The translations under genes were made by a program, and so were the position numbers. A stretch of 64,000 nt of DNA from contig CAVPHD010000012.1 in assembly GCA_963704165.1 (NCBI GenBank), positions 64,001-128,000 on the forward strand. The letters run 5' to 3'. The notes beneath the pieces were generated by a model. It was not told the origin of the DNA. It did no database searches and was given only the letters and a program-made list of their open reading frames with translations. Positions within the stretch are counted from its first letter, which is position 1. Each line of letters starts with the position of its first letter. This document shows positions 50,185-59,940 of this stretch, one piece after another. Origin of the DNA: an uncultured delta proteobacterium. GTDB taxonomy: Bacteria > Myxococcota_A > UBA9160 > SZUA-336.

Positions 50185-52463
50185 CTACTGCCTCGACATC
50201 GCGACGCGGTCCTCGGCCGCAGGGTCGCGGTACGGCGCGCCTTCGGCCTCGATCACGACCTGCGCCACCAAGCCGTCCGGTACCGTGAAGCGGCCGGGGC
50301 ACGCGTCGGTGATGGGCGGGCCGGGCTGATACCCGACGGCGAACCCGCCCGATCCGTACGTGACCGGCGTCGTGCGCGCGATCGCTCCCTCGCCGACGGG
50401 TACGCCGTCGTAGAAGAGCGCGAGGTTGCCGCGGAACGGCCCGGTCGGATTGAACTCCGCGCGAGCGACGACCCGACCCGCGGGAAGCTCGACGCTGGCC
50501 GAGATGGTCGTGCTCTGCATGCCGAGCAGGTTGTAGACGAAGTGGAGCCGACGGCCTTTCAGATACAGTGAGTACCCGCCCGCGCTCCCGCCGTGCGCGA
50601 CGAGCGTCCCGTCGATGCTCGCGCCCGCCGGGACGTTCAGGTGCGCTTCGATGATGAACTTCCGATTGCGCAGGTTCGGCGCCACCGGCCCGGGCAGCCG
50701 GCCGATGCCCGCGTGGTACACGTAGCGATCGCGCCGGAAGCGCCGGTCGCCGAAGCGTCCGGGCTGGTTGTTGAGCGGCAGGACCTGGTTCCGCTCCGCC
50801 TCCTTCCACCAAAGATCCTTCAGCTCGGCGAGCTTCTCGGGTCGCGACGCCGCGAGGTCGCGGATCTCGGCGAAGTCCTCGGCGACGTTGTAGAGCTCCC
50901 AGACGTCCTCGTCGAAGGGCTTCGAGACGTCCGTGCCGTCGTACACGGCGATGCGCGCGGGATGGAAGACGACCGCCTTCCAGCCGTCGTGGTAGAGCGC
51001 GCGCGATCCGATCATCTCGTAGTACTGCGTGACGTGGCGCGACTTCGCGCTCGCGTCGGCCAGGGTGTGCGCGAAGCTCGTGCCGTGCATCGGGCTCTGG
51101 ACGACGCCGGCGATCTCCTTCGGCGGCTCGACGCCGAGCAGGTCGAGAATGCGTCGGCACGACGTCGACGACGTGCACGTACTGGTGACGCGTCTCGCCG
51201 CGGGCGGCCGAGCCGCGAAGGCCAGTGGACGATCAGCGGATCGCAGACGCCACCCTCGTGCGTGTCGCGCTTGAAGCGCTTGAGCGGCGTGTTGCCGGCC
51301 CACGCCCAACCCCACGGGTAGTGGTTGTGCGCGTGCGGTCCGCCGAGGTCGTCGATCCGGCGCAGGTTCTCCTCGAGGCTCTCGGGCACCATGTTGAAGA
51401 AGAACGCTTCGTTGAACGAACCCTTCGGTCCGCCCTCGGCGCTCGCGCCGTTGTCGCTCATCAGGATCACGAGCGTGTCGTCGAGCTCGCCGAGCTCGTC
51501 GATGAAGTCGACGAGGCGCCCGACTTGCGCGTCGGTGTGCGTCATGAAGCCCGCGTACACCTCCATCATGCGCGCGTACAGACGGCGCTCGTCCGCGGAG
51601 AGCGATTCCCACGACGGCACCCAGGCAGGTCGCGCGCGAGAGCTCGGTCCCCTTCGGCAGGAGCCCGCTCGCGACCTGACGCGCGAAGACCTGTTCGCGC
51701 CAGTGGTCCCAACCCGCGATCGAAGCGGCCGCGGTAGGGCTCGATGAACGAAGCCGGCGCCTGGTGCGGCGCGTGACACGCGCCCGGCGCGACGTAGAGC
51801 AGGAATGGCTTGCGTTCGTACGTCGCGCGCAGGTCCTTCACGTAGGAGATCGCGTGGTCGATCATGTCGTCGGTGAGGTGGTAGCCCTGCTCCGGCGTGC
51901 GCGGCGGATCGACCTGATGATTGTCGTGAACGAGCTCGGGGTGGTACTGGTCGGTCTCGCCGCCCATGAATCCGTAGAAGCGCTCGAAGCCCGCGACCGA
52001 GCGGCCACTTGTCGCGCGGGCTCCCCATCGTCGTCTCGGTCGTCGGCGCCAGGTGCCACTTGCCGACGGCGAAGGTCGCGTAGCTCTGCTCGCGCAGGAT
52101 CTCCGGCAGAAAGCCGTTCTCCTTCGGGATCACCGCATCGTAGCCGGGGAAGCCGCTCGAAAAGTCCGCGATGCGGCCCATGCCGTTGGCGTGGTGATTC
52201 CGCCCGGTCATCAGGCACGCGCGCGTCGGCGAGCAGAGCGACGTGGTGTGGAAGTTCGAGTAGCGCAGACCGCCGGCGGCGAGGCGATCGAACGTCGGCG
52301 TCGAGAGGTCGGATCCGTAGCAGCCGAGCTGCGCGTAGCCCACGTCGTCGAGCACGACGATCACGATGTTCGGCGCGCCTTCGGGCGACTTCGGTAGCTC
52401 AGGCCACCACGAAGTCGACTCCGCGAAGGTTCGACCGATCTTTCCCCCGAACGGCTTCGGCAT
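50185..52463 (-). CDS. Arylsulfatase; about five frameshifts in 51150-52000
   Basis: PNIVIVVLDDVG, LCSPTRACLMTGR (CxPxR), GKWH, SDNGAS. Confidence 0.9.
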
Positions 52464-52546
52464 CACGTCTCCCCAGGCGAATTCGTGCCGCGAAGTATCC
52501 CACAGATCGACGCCGCGGAGCCGCGATTCGGGGGTAGACTGCGAGG

Positions 52547-53275
52547 ATGATCGGCGAGCGCGAGGAACGGATCCCGCTGGACGGTGGCGCGTCGATGCGG
52601 GCCTTCCTCACCATCCCCGCTGGCACGCCACCGGACGGGGGCTGGCCGCTGGTCATCGCGATTCACGACGCGCTCGGTTTCTCGGACGACATCCGGCGCA
52701 TCGCCCGGCGCTTCGCGGACTCGGGCTACGCGGCGCTGGCGCCCGCGCTCTACGACGGTGCGGGCGCGCCACTTCTCTGTGTCGTGCGGACGTTTCGCGA
52801 CCTCTCGCGGAACCGCGGTCCGGCCTTCGATCGCCTCGAGACCGCGCGCCGCTTTGCCGCCGCGCTTCCCGAGATCGACGGCGCGCGGATCGCGGTGACG
52901 GGCTTCTGCATGGGCGGGGGCTTCGCGATCTTCTGGGCCGCGCGCGGGGGAATGCGCGTGTGCGCGCCGTACTACGGCGACACTCCCGCGCAGGCCGACG
53001 CGCTTCGCGACGTGTGTCCGGTGGTCGCCGGCTTCGGCGAGCTCGACACCCACTTCGCGACGGCCGGCCGACGACTCGAACGGCACCTGGAGTCGCTCGG
53101 GATTCCGCACGACGTCGAGATCTACCCCGGCGTCGGGCATTCCTACATGAACGACCACGGCATGCCGCTCGTCGCCGCGCTCTTGCGTCGCACGCCGATG
53201 CACGCGGCCTACGATCCCGACGCGGCCGAGGACTCCTGGCGGCGCATGCTCGCGTTCTTCGCCGAGCACCTCTGA
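52547..53275 (+). CDS. Dienelactone hydrolase family protein
   Basis: GFCMGG, GELD, GHSY. Confidence 0.92.
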   Translation: MIGEREERIPLDGGASMRAFLTIPAGTPPDGGWPLVIAIHDALGFSDDIRRIARRFADSGYAALAPALYDGAGAPLLCVVRTFRDLSRNRGPAFDRLETARRFAAALPEIDGARIAVTGFCMGGGFAIFWAARGGMRVCAPYYGDTPAQADALRDVCPVVAGFGELDTHFATAGRRLERHLESLGIPHDVEIYPGVGHSYMNDHGMPLVAALLRRTPMHAAYDPDAAEDSWRRMLAFFAEHL

Positions 53276-53287
53276 CACGGGCTTCGG

Positions 53288-54979
53288 TCAGAACTCCCCG
53301 ACCGTTTCGACCCACTCGAACGAGCCCTTTCGCACGTTCTCGAACGCGAGCTCGGGCAGGCTCCAGAAGGCCCCGAGCAGACCGGCGCGAAGGCGGGCGG
53401 AGCGATCGAAGGGAGCGGTGGCGACACCGTACAGCGTATATGCGGACGCCCAGGCGAGATTCGCGGCCCCGTAGAGCGGTCGGCGCCAGAACACGTCGTC
53501 GGTGAAGAACAGGAACGCGCCGTCCTCGAAACGCGGCGAGTAGATCGTCGAGCGGAGCGCCGTCGATTCGCGAATCCTCGTCAGCATTCCGGGTGACTCT
53601 CGAAGCACGCGCTCGAGCTCGCGCGCGCGGTGAGACGGAACCCGCTCGGTGCGCTCGATCTCGAGCCGTTCGCGTACGCGATCGAAGAAGACGAACGGGA
53701 TGAAGCCGAGCGTCTCGTCGGCCGGCACCCGACCCCCGAGCGCCTCGTCGGCCACGCGCGCGAGCAGGGTGATGCAGTTGCGCCGGACCAGGTCGTACCT
53801 CCAGCGCTCGCGGTCGCGGCGATCGGCGTTGGCGAGGCGCGTTCGCGCGGCGACGAGCGCGGTGTCGAGATTTCCTCCGAAGACAGGAGCTCCGACGGCG
53901 CGAGCACGGTCCGGTAGCACACGGCGCTCGAGATCGAGCCACGCCCCGTCCGCGACTCCTGACTCCGCACGCACGACGAGACCCACCGCGGCTTCGAGCA
54001 TGTTGTAGCTCGACTCGCCGGCGCGCCCGCTCACGAGCACCACGTCGCGTCCGCGCCGAAGAAGCTCGCCGGCGTACTCGGCGCGCCGCGCGAGCACGGG
54101 ATCGCTCGGCGACTCACGCGGCGTTTCGGACTCGCCGACGTGCCCGGCGAACGCATCGAGCAGAACGAGTCGATTCGAAGCGAGCGAGCGCCGGACCGCG
54201 ACGTAGCGAGCCTGCGCGAGCAGGAGCGCGTAGCCCCGATCCGGTCGCGAGGAGCGGAGCAGGTCGGCGACGCTGCGCTCGAGTCTCGATGCGAACGCCT
54301 CGAGGCTCGCACGTTCCGCGACGGAGAGCGGATCATCGAAGCGCTCGGGAACGCGCCCGATCGCCTCGGGCGCGAGCGAATATCCGCGATCGAGCGCGCG
54401 CAGCGCCTCGGCGAGCGCGAGTCGTTCGCGCAGGCCCTCGAGATCCCCCGCCGTCGCCACGACCGGTCGATTCGAGAGATCGCGATCCGCCGCTTCGAGC
54501 GCCGGGCGCGCGGCTTCGCGCAATCGCAGCGCCTCGGAATCCCCCGGGCGCGACGGGTCGAGGAGGCCCGCGGCGCGCAGGGGCGGAAGCGGCCGGCCGT
54601 CGGTCCAGGCTTCGAGCCAGGCGACGTCGGCCGCGAGCGTGTCTCGGCGCATCGCGGCGATGTCCTGCTCGACGTACTCCCGCGCGAAGCGATCGAGCAC
54701 ACGGTCGCGCGTCTCGGGCGGGACCTCGATCCGGGCGACCTCGAGCGGCCGGTTCTGGAGCCCGGCGTAGACGTAGGCGAAGTGGGACCAGTCGTCGCGC
54801 GCGATCCGGTAGCGACCGTCGCCGTCGGTCTGCACGTGGTAGACGGTGTCGCCCGAGACCAGCGCGGCGTGACCGCCGCTCGCGAACCCGACGTTCGCGC
54901 GCGCGTAGACGAAACCGATCTCCGCGGCCGAGGCGTCGATCGCGACGACGGCGAGGAACGCGACGATCGATGCCCGCAC
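53288..54979 (-). CDS. Exported hypothetical protein with permuted papain-like His/Cys motifs
   Basis: Signal peptide; SGGHAAL..VYH near N-terminus; YDLVRRNCIT; C-terminal SLPELAFENVRKG. Confidence 0.6.
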   Translation of the reverse strand: MRASIVAFLAVVAIDASAAEIGFVYARANVGFASGGHAALVSGDTVYHVQTDGDGRYRIARDDWSHFAYVYAGLQNRPLEVARIEVPPETRDRVLDRFAREYVEQDIAAMRRDTLAADVAWLEAWTDGRPLPPLRAAGLLDPSRPGDSEALRLREAARPALEAADRDLSNRPVVATAGDLEGLRERLALAEALRALDRGYSLAPEAIGRVPERFDDPLSVAERASLEAFASRLERSVADLLRSSRPDRGYALLLAQARYVAVRRSLASNRLVLLDAFAGHVGESETPRESPSDPVLARRAEYAGELLRRGRDVVLVSGRAGESSYNMLEAAVGLVVRAESGVADGAWLDLERRVLPDRARAVGAPVFGGNLDTALVAARTRLANADRRDRERWRYDLVRRNCITLLARVADEALGGRVPADETLGFIPFVFFDRVRERLEIERTERVPSHRARELERVLRESPGMLTRIRESTALRSTIYSPRFEDGAFLFFTDDVFWRRPLYGAANLAWASAYTLYGVATAPFDRSARLRAGLLGAFWSLPELAFENVRKGSFEWVETVGEF

Positions 54980-54984
54980 GCGCG

Positions 54985-55446
54985 TCAGCTTCCGGCGCTC
55001 CGCCAACCTTCGAGCACGAGCTTCGCGGCCGCGGTCTCGCTGCCGATCTCGGTGCAGAACGCGTTCATCTCCGCCTCCGATACGTTCGCCTCGCGCATCC
55101 CCTGGCCGATCGCGTACGGGGTCGCGGGCTCCGCCTCCCAATCGGCGATGCCGTGATTTCCGGCGATCCGCGTCACGCCGCGCAGGAAGTCGGCCCGTGT
55201 GCCGCCGCCGCGCACGAACGATGCCGCGTACTGGCGAAGGTCCTGGCGATAGCTCTCCTGCTCCGCCGCGTCGCCACCTCCGCTTCCGGACGACCTCGAG
55301 ATGCTGCTCAGGACCCCGACGATCGAGTGACCCGTGCCCGAGATCGAATCCGACGGGGACGTGAGGCTCCCCGAGATGACCTGACATGCGAACGCGGGCA
55401 GAATCGCGACGATGATTCCGACCCGAAGGGCACGCTCGATCGACAT
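54985..55446 (-). CDS. Putative Ser-rich lipoprotein
   Basis: AFAC lipobox, SISRSS, GIADWE..AIGQG. Confidence 0.7.
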   Translation of the reverse strand: MSIERALRVGIIVAILPAFACQVISGSLTSPSDSISGTGHSIVGVLSSISRSSGSGGGDAAEQESYRQDLRQYAASFVRGGGTRADFLRGVTRIAGNHGIADWEAEPATPYAIGQGMREANVSEAEMNAFCTEIGSETAAAKLVLEGWRSAGS

Positions 55447-55537
55447 GGCTCACGACTCCTCTTCCCGGTTCGACGGGAAAAGCCGATGGTACCGAATGGC
55501 AGGGAGGCGACCATCCGCACGATCTCCGACCGGGCCG

Positions 55538-56133
55538 TGATCCGCGCGCTCGCCATCGCCTACGCGATCTTCTGGATCGCGATGGCGATCGAACCGCTGG
55601 ACCGCGGCGACTGGCTGCTCGAGAACCTGCTGGTCTTCGCGTTCGTGCCGACCCTGATCCTGACGTACCGGCGCTTCGCCTTCTCGCGCACTTCGTACGT
55701 GCTGATCTTCTGCTTCCTCGTCATGCACACCTACGCCGCGCACTACACGTACTCGGAGACACCGCTCGGCTTCTGGCTTCAGGAGCTCTTCGACACCTCG
55801 CGCAATCACCTCGACCGGATCGTCCACTTCAGCTTCGGCTTGCTGATGACCCATCCGCTGCGCGAGATCGGCCTGCGTGTGCTCGGTCTGCGCAGCGGCT
55901 GGAGCTACGCGATTCCGCTGCTCGTCATGCTCGGCTTCGCGGGTGGCTACGAGGTCGTCGAATTCTGGGCCGCGCGAGCGGTCGATCCGGAGCTCGGGGT
56001 CGCGTTCCTCGGCACGCAGGGAGACGAGTGGGACGCGCAGAAGGACATGCGCCTCGCTCTCGTCGGGTCGGCGATCTCGCTCGCGCTCAGCGCCGCGGTC
56101 GGCGCGGCACGAGCGCGGGCACGCGCTTCATGA
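55538..56133 (+). CDS. DUF2238 (YjdF-like) membrane protein; start uncertain
   Basis: DWLLEN, HYTY, RNHLDRIVHF, GTQGDEWDAQKDM. Confidence 0.88.
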
Positions 56134-56962
56134 CTTCGGCGTAGCCGGGTCTCTGCGCGATGTGCCGACGGTCGAGCATGGGGATGCTGACGAAGAGGAA
56201 CATCGCGGTGATCGCGAGCGGACCGATCACGCTCCAGTACCAGTCGGGCGCGGCCGCGACACCGAAGAGCCAGAGGCCCCACCAGAACAGGATCTCGCCG
56301 AGATAGTTCGGGTGACGCATCCACGCCCAGAGCCCGCGTGCGCAGATCCCGCCCTGCTGCTTGGTGCGGTTGAACGCGCGGAGCTGCTCGTCGGCGATCG
56401 TCTCGAGCACGATCGCGGCGACGGTGACGACCGCGGCGATCACGTCGAGAAGTCCGAGCGGGCGGGCTCCGATCGCCAGCGCGGCGTAGAGCGGAAGGCA
56501 AGCGAGAAAGACCTGCAACGTCGGGAAGTAGTGGATGCCGGTCAGGCTGACGAGCCAGTACGGGGCGCTGCGGTTCTCGCGCAGCTCCCGGTAGCGCCAG
56601 TCCTCGTGGTGCAGTCCCGGCCAGCCGCGCGCCCAGTTCCAGGTGAGTCGGATTCCCCAGGCGAAGACCAGCACCAACACCAGGATCTGTCGCTCCGGGT
56701 CGGCGTGCGAGCCGGGAAGCGCGCTCGCCCAGTACAGTCCGATCACCGGCGGAACGGCGCTCCAGTAGGCGTCGTACAGGCTCGAGTTCGCGAGCGCCAT
56801 GCTGAAGACGAAGATCACGAGCGTCGCGACGAGATCGGCGACGAGAACGGTGAACACCGGCGAGTCACTGCCGAGTAGCGCGCCGGTCACGATCGCAGCA
56901 CCGAGCGCCACGAGGTAGGCGGCCCCGATGATCGCGAATGAGCGCGCTCTGTCGCTCGTCAT
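56087..56962 (-). CDS. DUF1295 (steroid 5-alpha reductase-like) membrane protein
   Basis: NSSLYDAYWS, EDWRY, GLWAWMRHPNYLGE. Confidence 0.9.
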   Translation of the reverse strand: MTSDRARSFAIIGAAYLVALGAAIVTGALLGSDSPVFTVLVADLVATLVIFVFSMALANSSLYDAYWSAVPPVIGLYWASALPGSHADPERQILVLVLVFAWGIRLTWNWARGWPGLHHEDWRYRELRENRSAPYWLVSLTGIHYFPTLQVFLACLPLYAALAIGARPLGLLDVIAAVVTVAAIVLETIADEQLRAFNRTKQQGGICARGLWAWMRHPNYLGEILFWWGLWLFGVAAAPDWYWSVIGPLAITAMFLFVSIPMLDRRHIAQRPGYAEVMKRVPALVPRRPRR

Positions 56963-56980
56963 CGTGCCATCATATCGCAC

Positions 56981-57571
56981 ATGAACCCCGAATCCCGAAT
57001 TCCCAGGCTGTCGATCGAGGAGGCGAAGCTCGAAGCCGAGAAGATCGGCCTGCCGGCGCAGATGGCGGAGCTCTCGGTCTTCCGCGTCTTGCTTCGCCAC
57101 CCCGACCTCGCCAAGGCGATCTTCGGATTGCTCGCCGGCCTGCTCTTCCGCGGAAAGCTCGATGCCCGCCTGCGCGAGTTCGTGATCATGCGCATCGGTT
57201 GGGTGACGGGATCCGAGTACGAGTGGACCCAACACTGGCGTGTGGCGACGCAGATCGGGATGAGCGAGGCCGAGCTGCTCGCGGTTCGCGATTGGCGGAA
57301 CGCCGGGAACCTCGGCCGGGCCGAGCGCGCGGTGCTCGCGGCCACCGACGAGACGCTCGAAGTCGGCGCGATCTCGACCGGGACCTGGCGCGAATGCGAG
57401 GCCACCCTCGGAGGTCCCGAGAACCTGCTCGAACTCGTGGCGGCGATCGGGAACTGGCGGCTCTTCTCGACGCTCCTGCGCTCGCTCGAGATCCCGCTCG
57501 AAGACGGCGTGATCGGCTGGCCGCCGGACGGGCTCGTGCCCACCGACCCGTCCGTCGCGCGCGATGTCTGA
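56981..57571 (+). CDS. Carboxymuconolactone decarboxylase/AhpD-like family protein
   Basis: LDARLREFVIMRIG..YEWTQH. Confidence 0.85.
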   Translation: MNPESRIPRLSIEEAKLEAEKIGLPAQMAELSVFRVLLRHPDLAKAIFGLLAGLLFRGKLDARLREFVIMRIGWVTGSEYEWTQHWRVATQIGMSEAELLAVRDWRNAGNLGRAERAVLAATDETLEVGAISTGTWRECEATLGGPENLLELVAAIGNWRLFSTLLRSLEIPLEDGVIGWPPDGLVPTDPSVARDV

Positions 57572-58133
57572 GCCGATTCTCGCCGACACGCACTTCGACA
57601 CCGTGCTCGTCGTCGGAGCGCACCCCGACGACGCCGAATACTTCGCCGGCGGAACGCTCGTCCGGCTCGCGGACTCGGGCGCGAGGATCGAGCTGGTCGT
57701 CTGCACCGACGGCGCGCTCGCGAACGACGAGACGCTTCGAGCCGAGCTCGCGCTGGCATTGCGCCGGATCCGTCCCGACCTGGTCCTGACGCACGATCCG
57801 CGGACGCTCTGGGCCGTGTATGGGGGCCGGGCGCATCCGGGTCACTCCGACCACCGCGCGGCGGGACAGGCCCTGCTCGATGCCCTGTATCCGCGCGCGG
57901 CCAGCCCGAACTTCTACCTGGAGCAGCTCGAGGCGCAGGGCGTGGAGCCCTGGTACCCGCGCGAGGTCTGGCTCTTCGACACGGCAGAACCGGACCTGCG
58001 CATCGACGTGTCGTCGAGCTTCGCGCGCAAGCTCGACGCGCTTCTCTACGGCGCACGCGCACTCGGGGAATCGGAGCCGTTCGCCCGGCTCGTGCTGCGC
58101 AAGCCGAAATCGCCCTGTGCGGACGCCCGCTGA
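57564..58133 (+). CDS. PIG-L family deacetylase, apparently internally deleted
   Basis: AHPDD and HSDH present; RxxE helix and C-terminal HxSQ absent. Confidence 0.75.
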   Translation: MSEPILADTHFDTVLVVGAHPDDAEYFAGGTLVRLADSGARIELVVCTDGALANDETLRAELALALRRIRPDLVLTHDPRTLWAVYGGRAHPGHSDHRAAGQALLDALYPRAASPNFYLEQLEAQGVEPWYPREVWLFDTAEPDLRIDVSSSFARKLDALLYGARALGESEPFARLVLRKPKSPCADAR

Positions 58134-58148
58134 TCCGAGAGGAGACCC

Positions 58149-59081
58149 GTGACGATCCCGACCGAAGCCGAGCTCCTGACCTGGTTCGAGACGCTCTCGA
58201 ACTGGCATCGCTTCGGCAAAGACGACGAGCGCGGCACGCTGAATCTGATCGACGACGCGAAGCGGCTCGAGGCTTCGCGTCTCGTGCGCGACGGGATCTC
58301 GATCTCGTGCGCGTGGGAGATCGATCCGCGCCCCGCGGCCGATCACGTCTTCGGCTCGCCCGAGCGAACGATGCGCGGAACCGGCGAGGATCTGCCCGCG
58401 GCACCGCGCTACGCGGGCGCGTCGGAACGGGTCGGCTTCGTCTTTCACGGCTACGCGATCACGCACCTCGACTCGCTCGCGCACTACTTCTGGGACGGGC
58501 GCATGTACGGCGGACGACCCGCGAGCGGGGTGACGAAGGCCGACGGCGCGACGACGAACGCGATCACGGCTGCGGCGTCGGGGATCACCACGCGCGGCGT
58601 TTTGCTCGACGTCGCGGCACTTCGCGGCGTGGACTGGCTCGAGCCGGGCGACGGCGTCCTTCCGGAGGAGCTCGAAGCCGCCGAGACACGCGCGGGCGTT
58701 CGCGCCGGCGCGGGGGATGCGGTTCTGCTGCGCACCGGTTACGGCCGGAAGAAACGCGAGCGCGGGCCCGACCGCGTACAAGAGGTCGGCCGCGCGGGCT
58801 GGCACGCGGCGTGTCTACCGTGGCTGCGCGAGCGCGACGTCGCGCTGATCGGCGCGGACACCGCGCAGGATGTACACCCCTGCGGCTACCCGAGCTTCCG
58901 CAGCCCGATCCACGCGATCGGCATCGTCGCGATGGGCCTCTGGCTGCTCGACAACTGCGACCTCGAGGCGCTCGCCAGCACCTGCGCTAGGCTCGGCCGC
59001 TCGGAGTTCATGCTGACGGTGAGCCCGCTCCGGCTCTCGGGTGCGACCGGAAGCCCCGTGAACCCGATCGCGCTACTTTGA
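58149..59081 (+). CDS. Cyclase family protein
   Basis: HGYAITHLDSLAH, TRGVLLD, WLLDN, TGSPVNP. Confidence 0.9.
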   Translation: MTIPTEAELLTWFETLSNWHRFGKDDERGTLNLIDDAKRLEASRLVRDGISISCAWEIDPRPAADHVFGSPERTMRGTGEDLPAAPRYAGASERVGFVFHGYAITHLDSLAHYFWDGRMYGGRPASGVTKADGATTNAITAAASGITTRGVLLDVAALRGVDWLEPGDGVLPEELEAAETRAGVRAGAGDAVLLRTGYGRKKRERGPDRVQEVGRAGWHAACLPWLRERDVALIGADTAQDVHPCGYPSFRSPIHAIGIVAMGLWLLDNCDLEALASTCARLGRSEFMLTVSPLRLSGATGSPVNPIALL

Positions 59082-59106
59082 TCCGCGCGACATCAGAGGA
59101 GCGGAG

Positions 59107-59940
59107 ATGAATTCGACAAGGACTCGGGGCGCGTCGGCGGCGCTCGTCATTGCGACCCTGGGACTGCTCGCAGCCGTCGGTCACGCTGCGGATCCGGCCC
59201 CCGCGCAGCCGCCAGCGGTGTCCGCAGAGGACGGCGAGATCGATGACGATGCCGTCGCGCTGCTGGAGCGACTCGGCGCGTTCCTCGCGGCGCAGCCGCG
59301 CTTCAGCTTCGAGGCCGAACTCGCCTACGAGGTCGTGCAGGCCGACGGGCAGAAACTCGAGTTCGGCTCGTTCCGTCGCTACACGGTCCGGCGTCCCGAG
59401 CACCTGCGCATCGACGAACGGCGCCGCAGCGGCGGCGCGCGCGAGCTGTACTTCGACGGCGATCTGCTCACGGTCTGGATCCCCGACGAGAAGGCGTACG
59501 CGCGGGCGAAGCTCACGAAGCGCCGCGACCTGGACGAGACGATCGATCTGGTGCGCGGCGCGCTCGACCTCCAGGTCCCGCTCGGCGATCTGCTGCGCAG
59601 CGCGCCGCTCGCTCGGATCAAGGAGACCATGATCACGGCCTACGTCGTCGGCCGGGAGAACTTGGGGGGAGTCGCCTGCGATCACGTCGCCTGGCGCAGC
59701 GACGAGATCGATGCCGAGGTCTGGATCGCAGTCGGCGAACGGCCGCTGCCTCAGCGCCTCGTCATCCAGTACCGGGTGCTCGACGGGCAGCCGCGCTTCT
59801 CCGCACAGTTCGCGAGCTGGTCGCTCGAGCCCGACGTGGCGGAGGCGACCTTCCGCTTCGCGCCGCCCAATGACGCCGAGCGAGTGCGGTTCTCGGTGCG
59901 CGGACGCGACGTGCAGCCGACGGAGGCAAACGAACCATGA
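59107..59940 (+). CDS. DUF2092 (LolA-like) periplasmic protein
   Basis: Signal peptide; DGQKLEF, VRRPEHL, FDG, PLGDLL, CDHVAWR, VWI..PLP. Confidence 0.8.
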   Translation: MNSTRTRGASAALVIATLGLLAAVGHAADPAPAQPPAVSAEDGEIDDDAVALLERLGAFLAAQPRFSFEAELAYEVVQADGQKLEFGSFRRYTVRRPEHLRIDERRRSGGARELYFDGDLLTVWIPDEKAYARAKLTKRRDLDETIDLVRGALDLQVPLGDLLRSAPLARIKETMITAYVVGRENLGGVACDHVAWRSDEIDAEVWIAVGERPLPQRLVIQYRVLDGQPRFSAQFASWSLEPDVAEATFRFAPPNDAERVRFSVRGRDVQPTEANEP

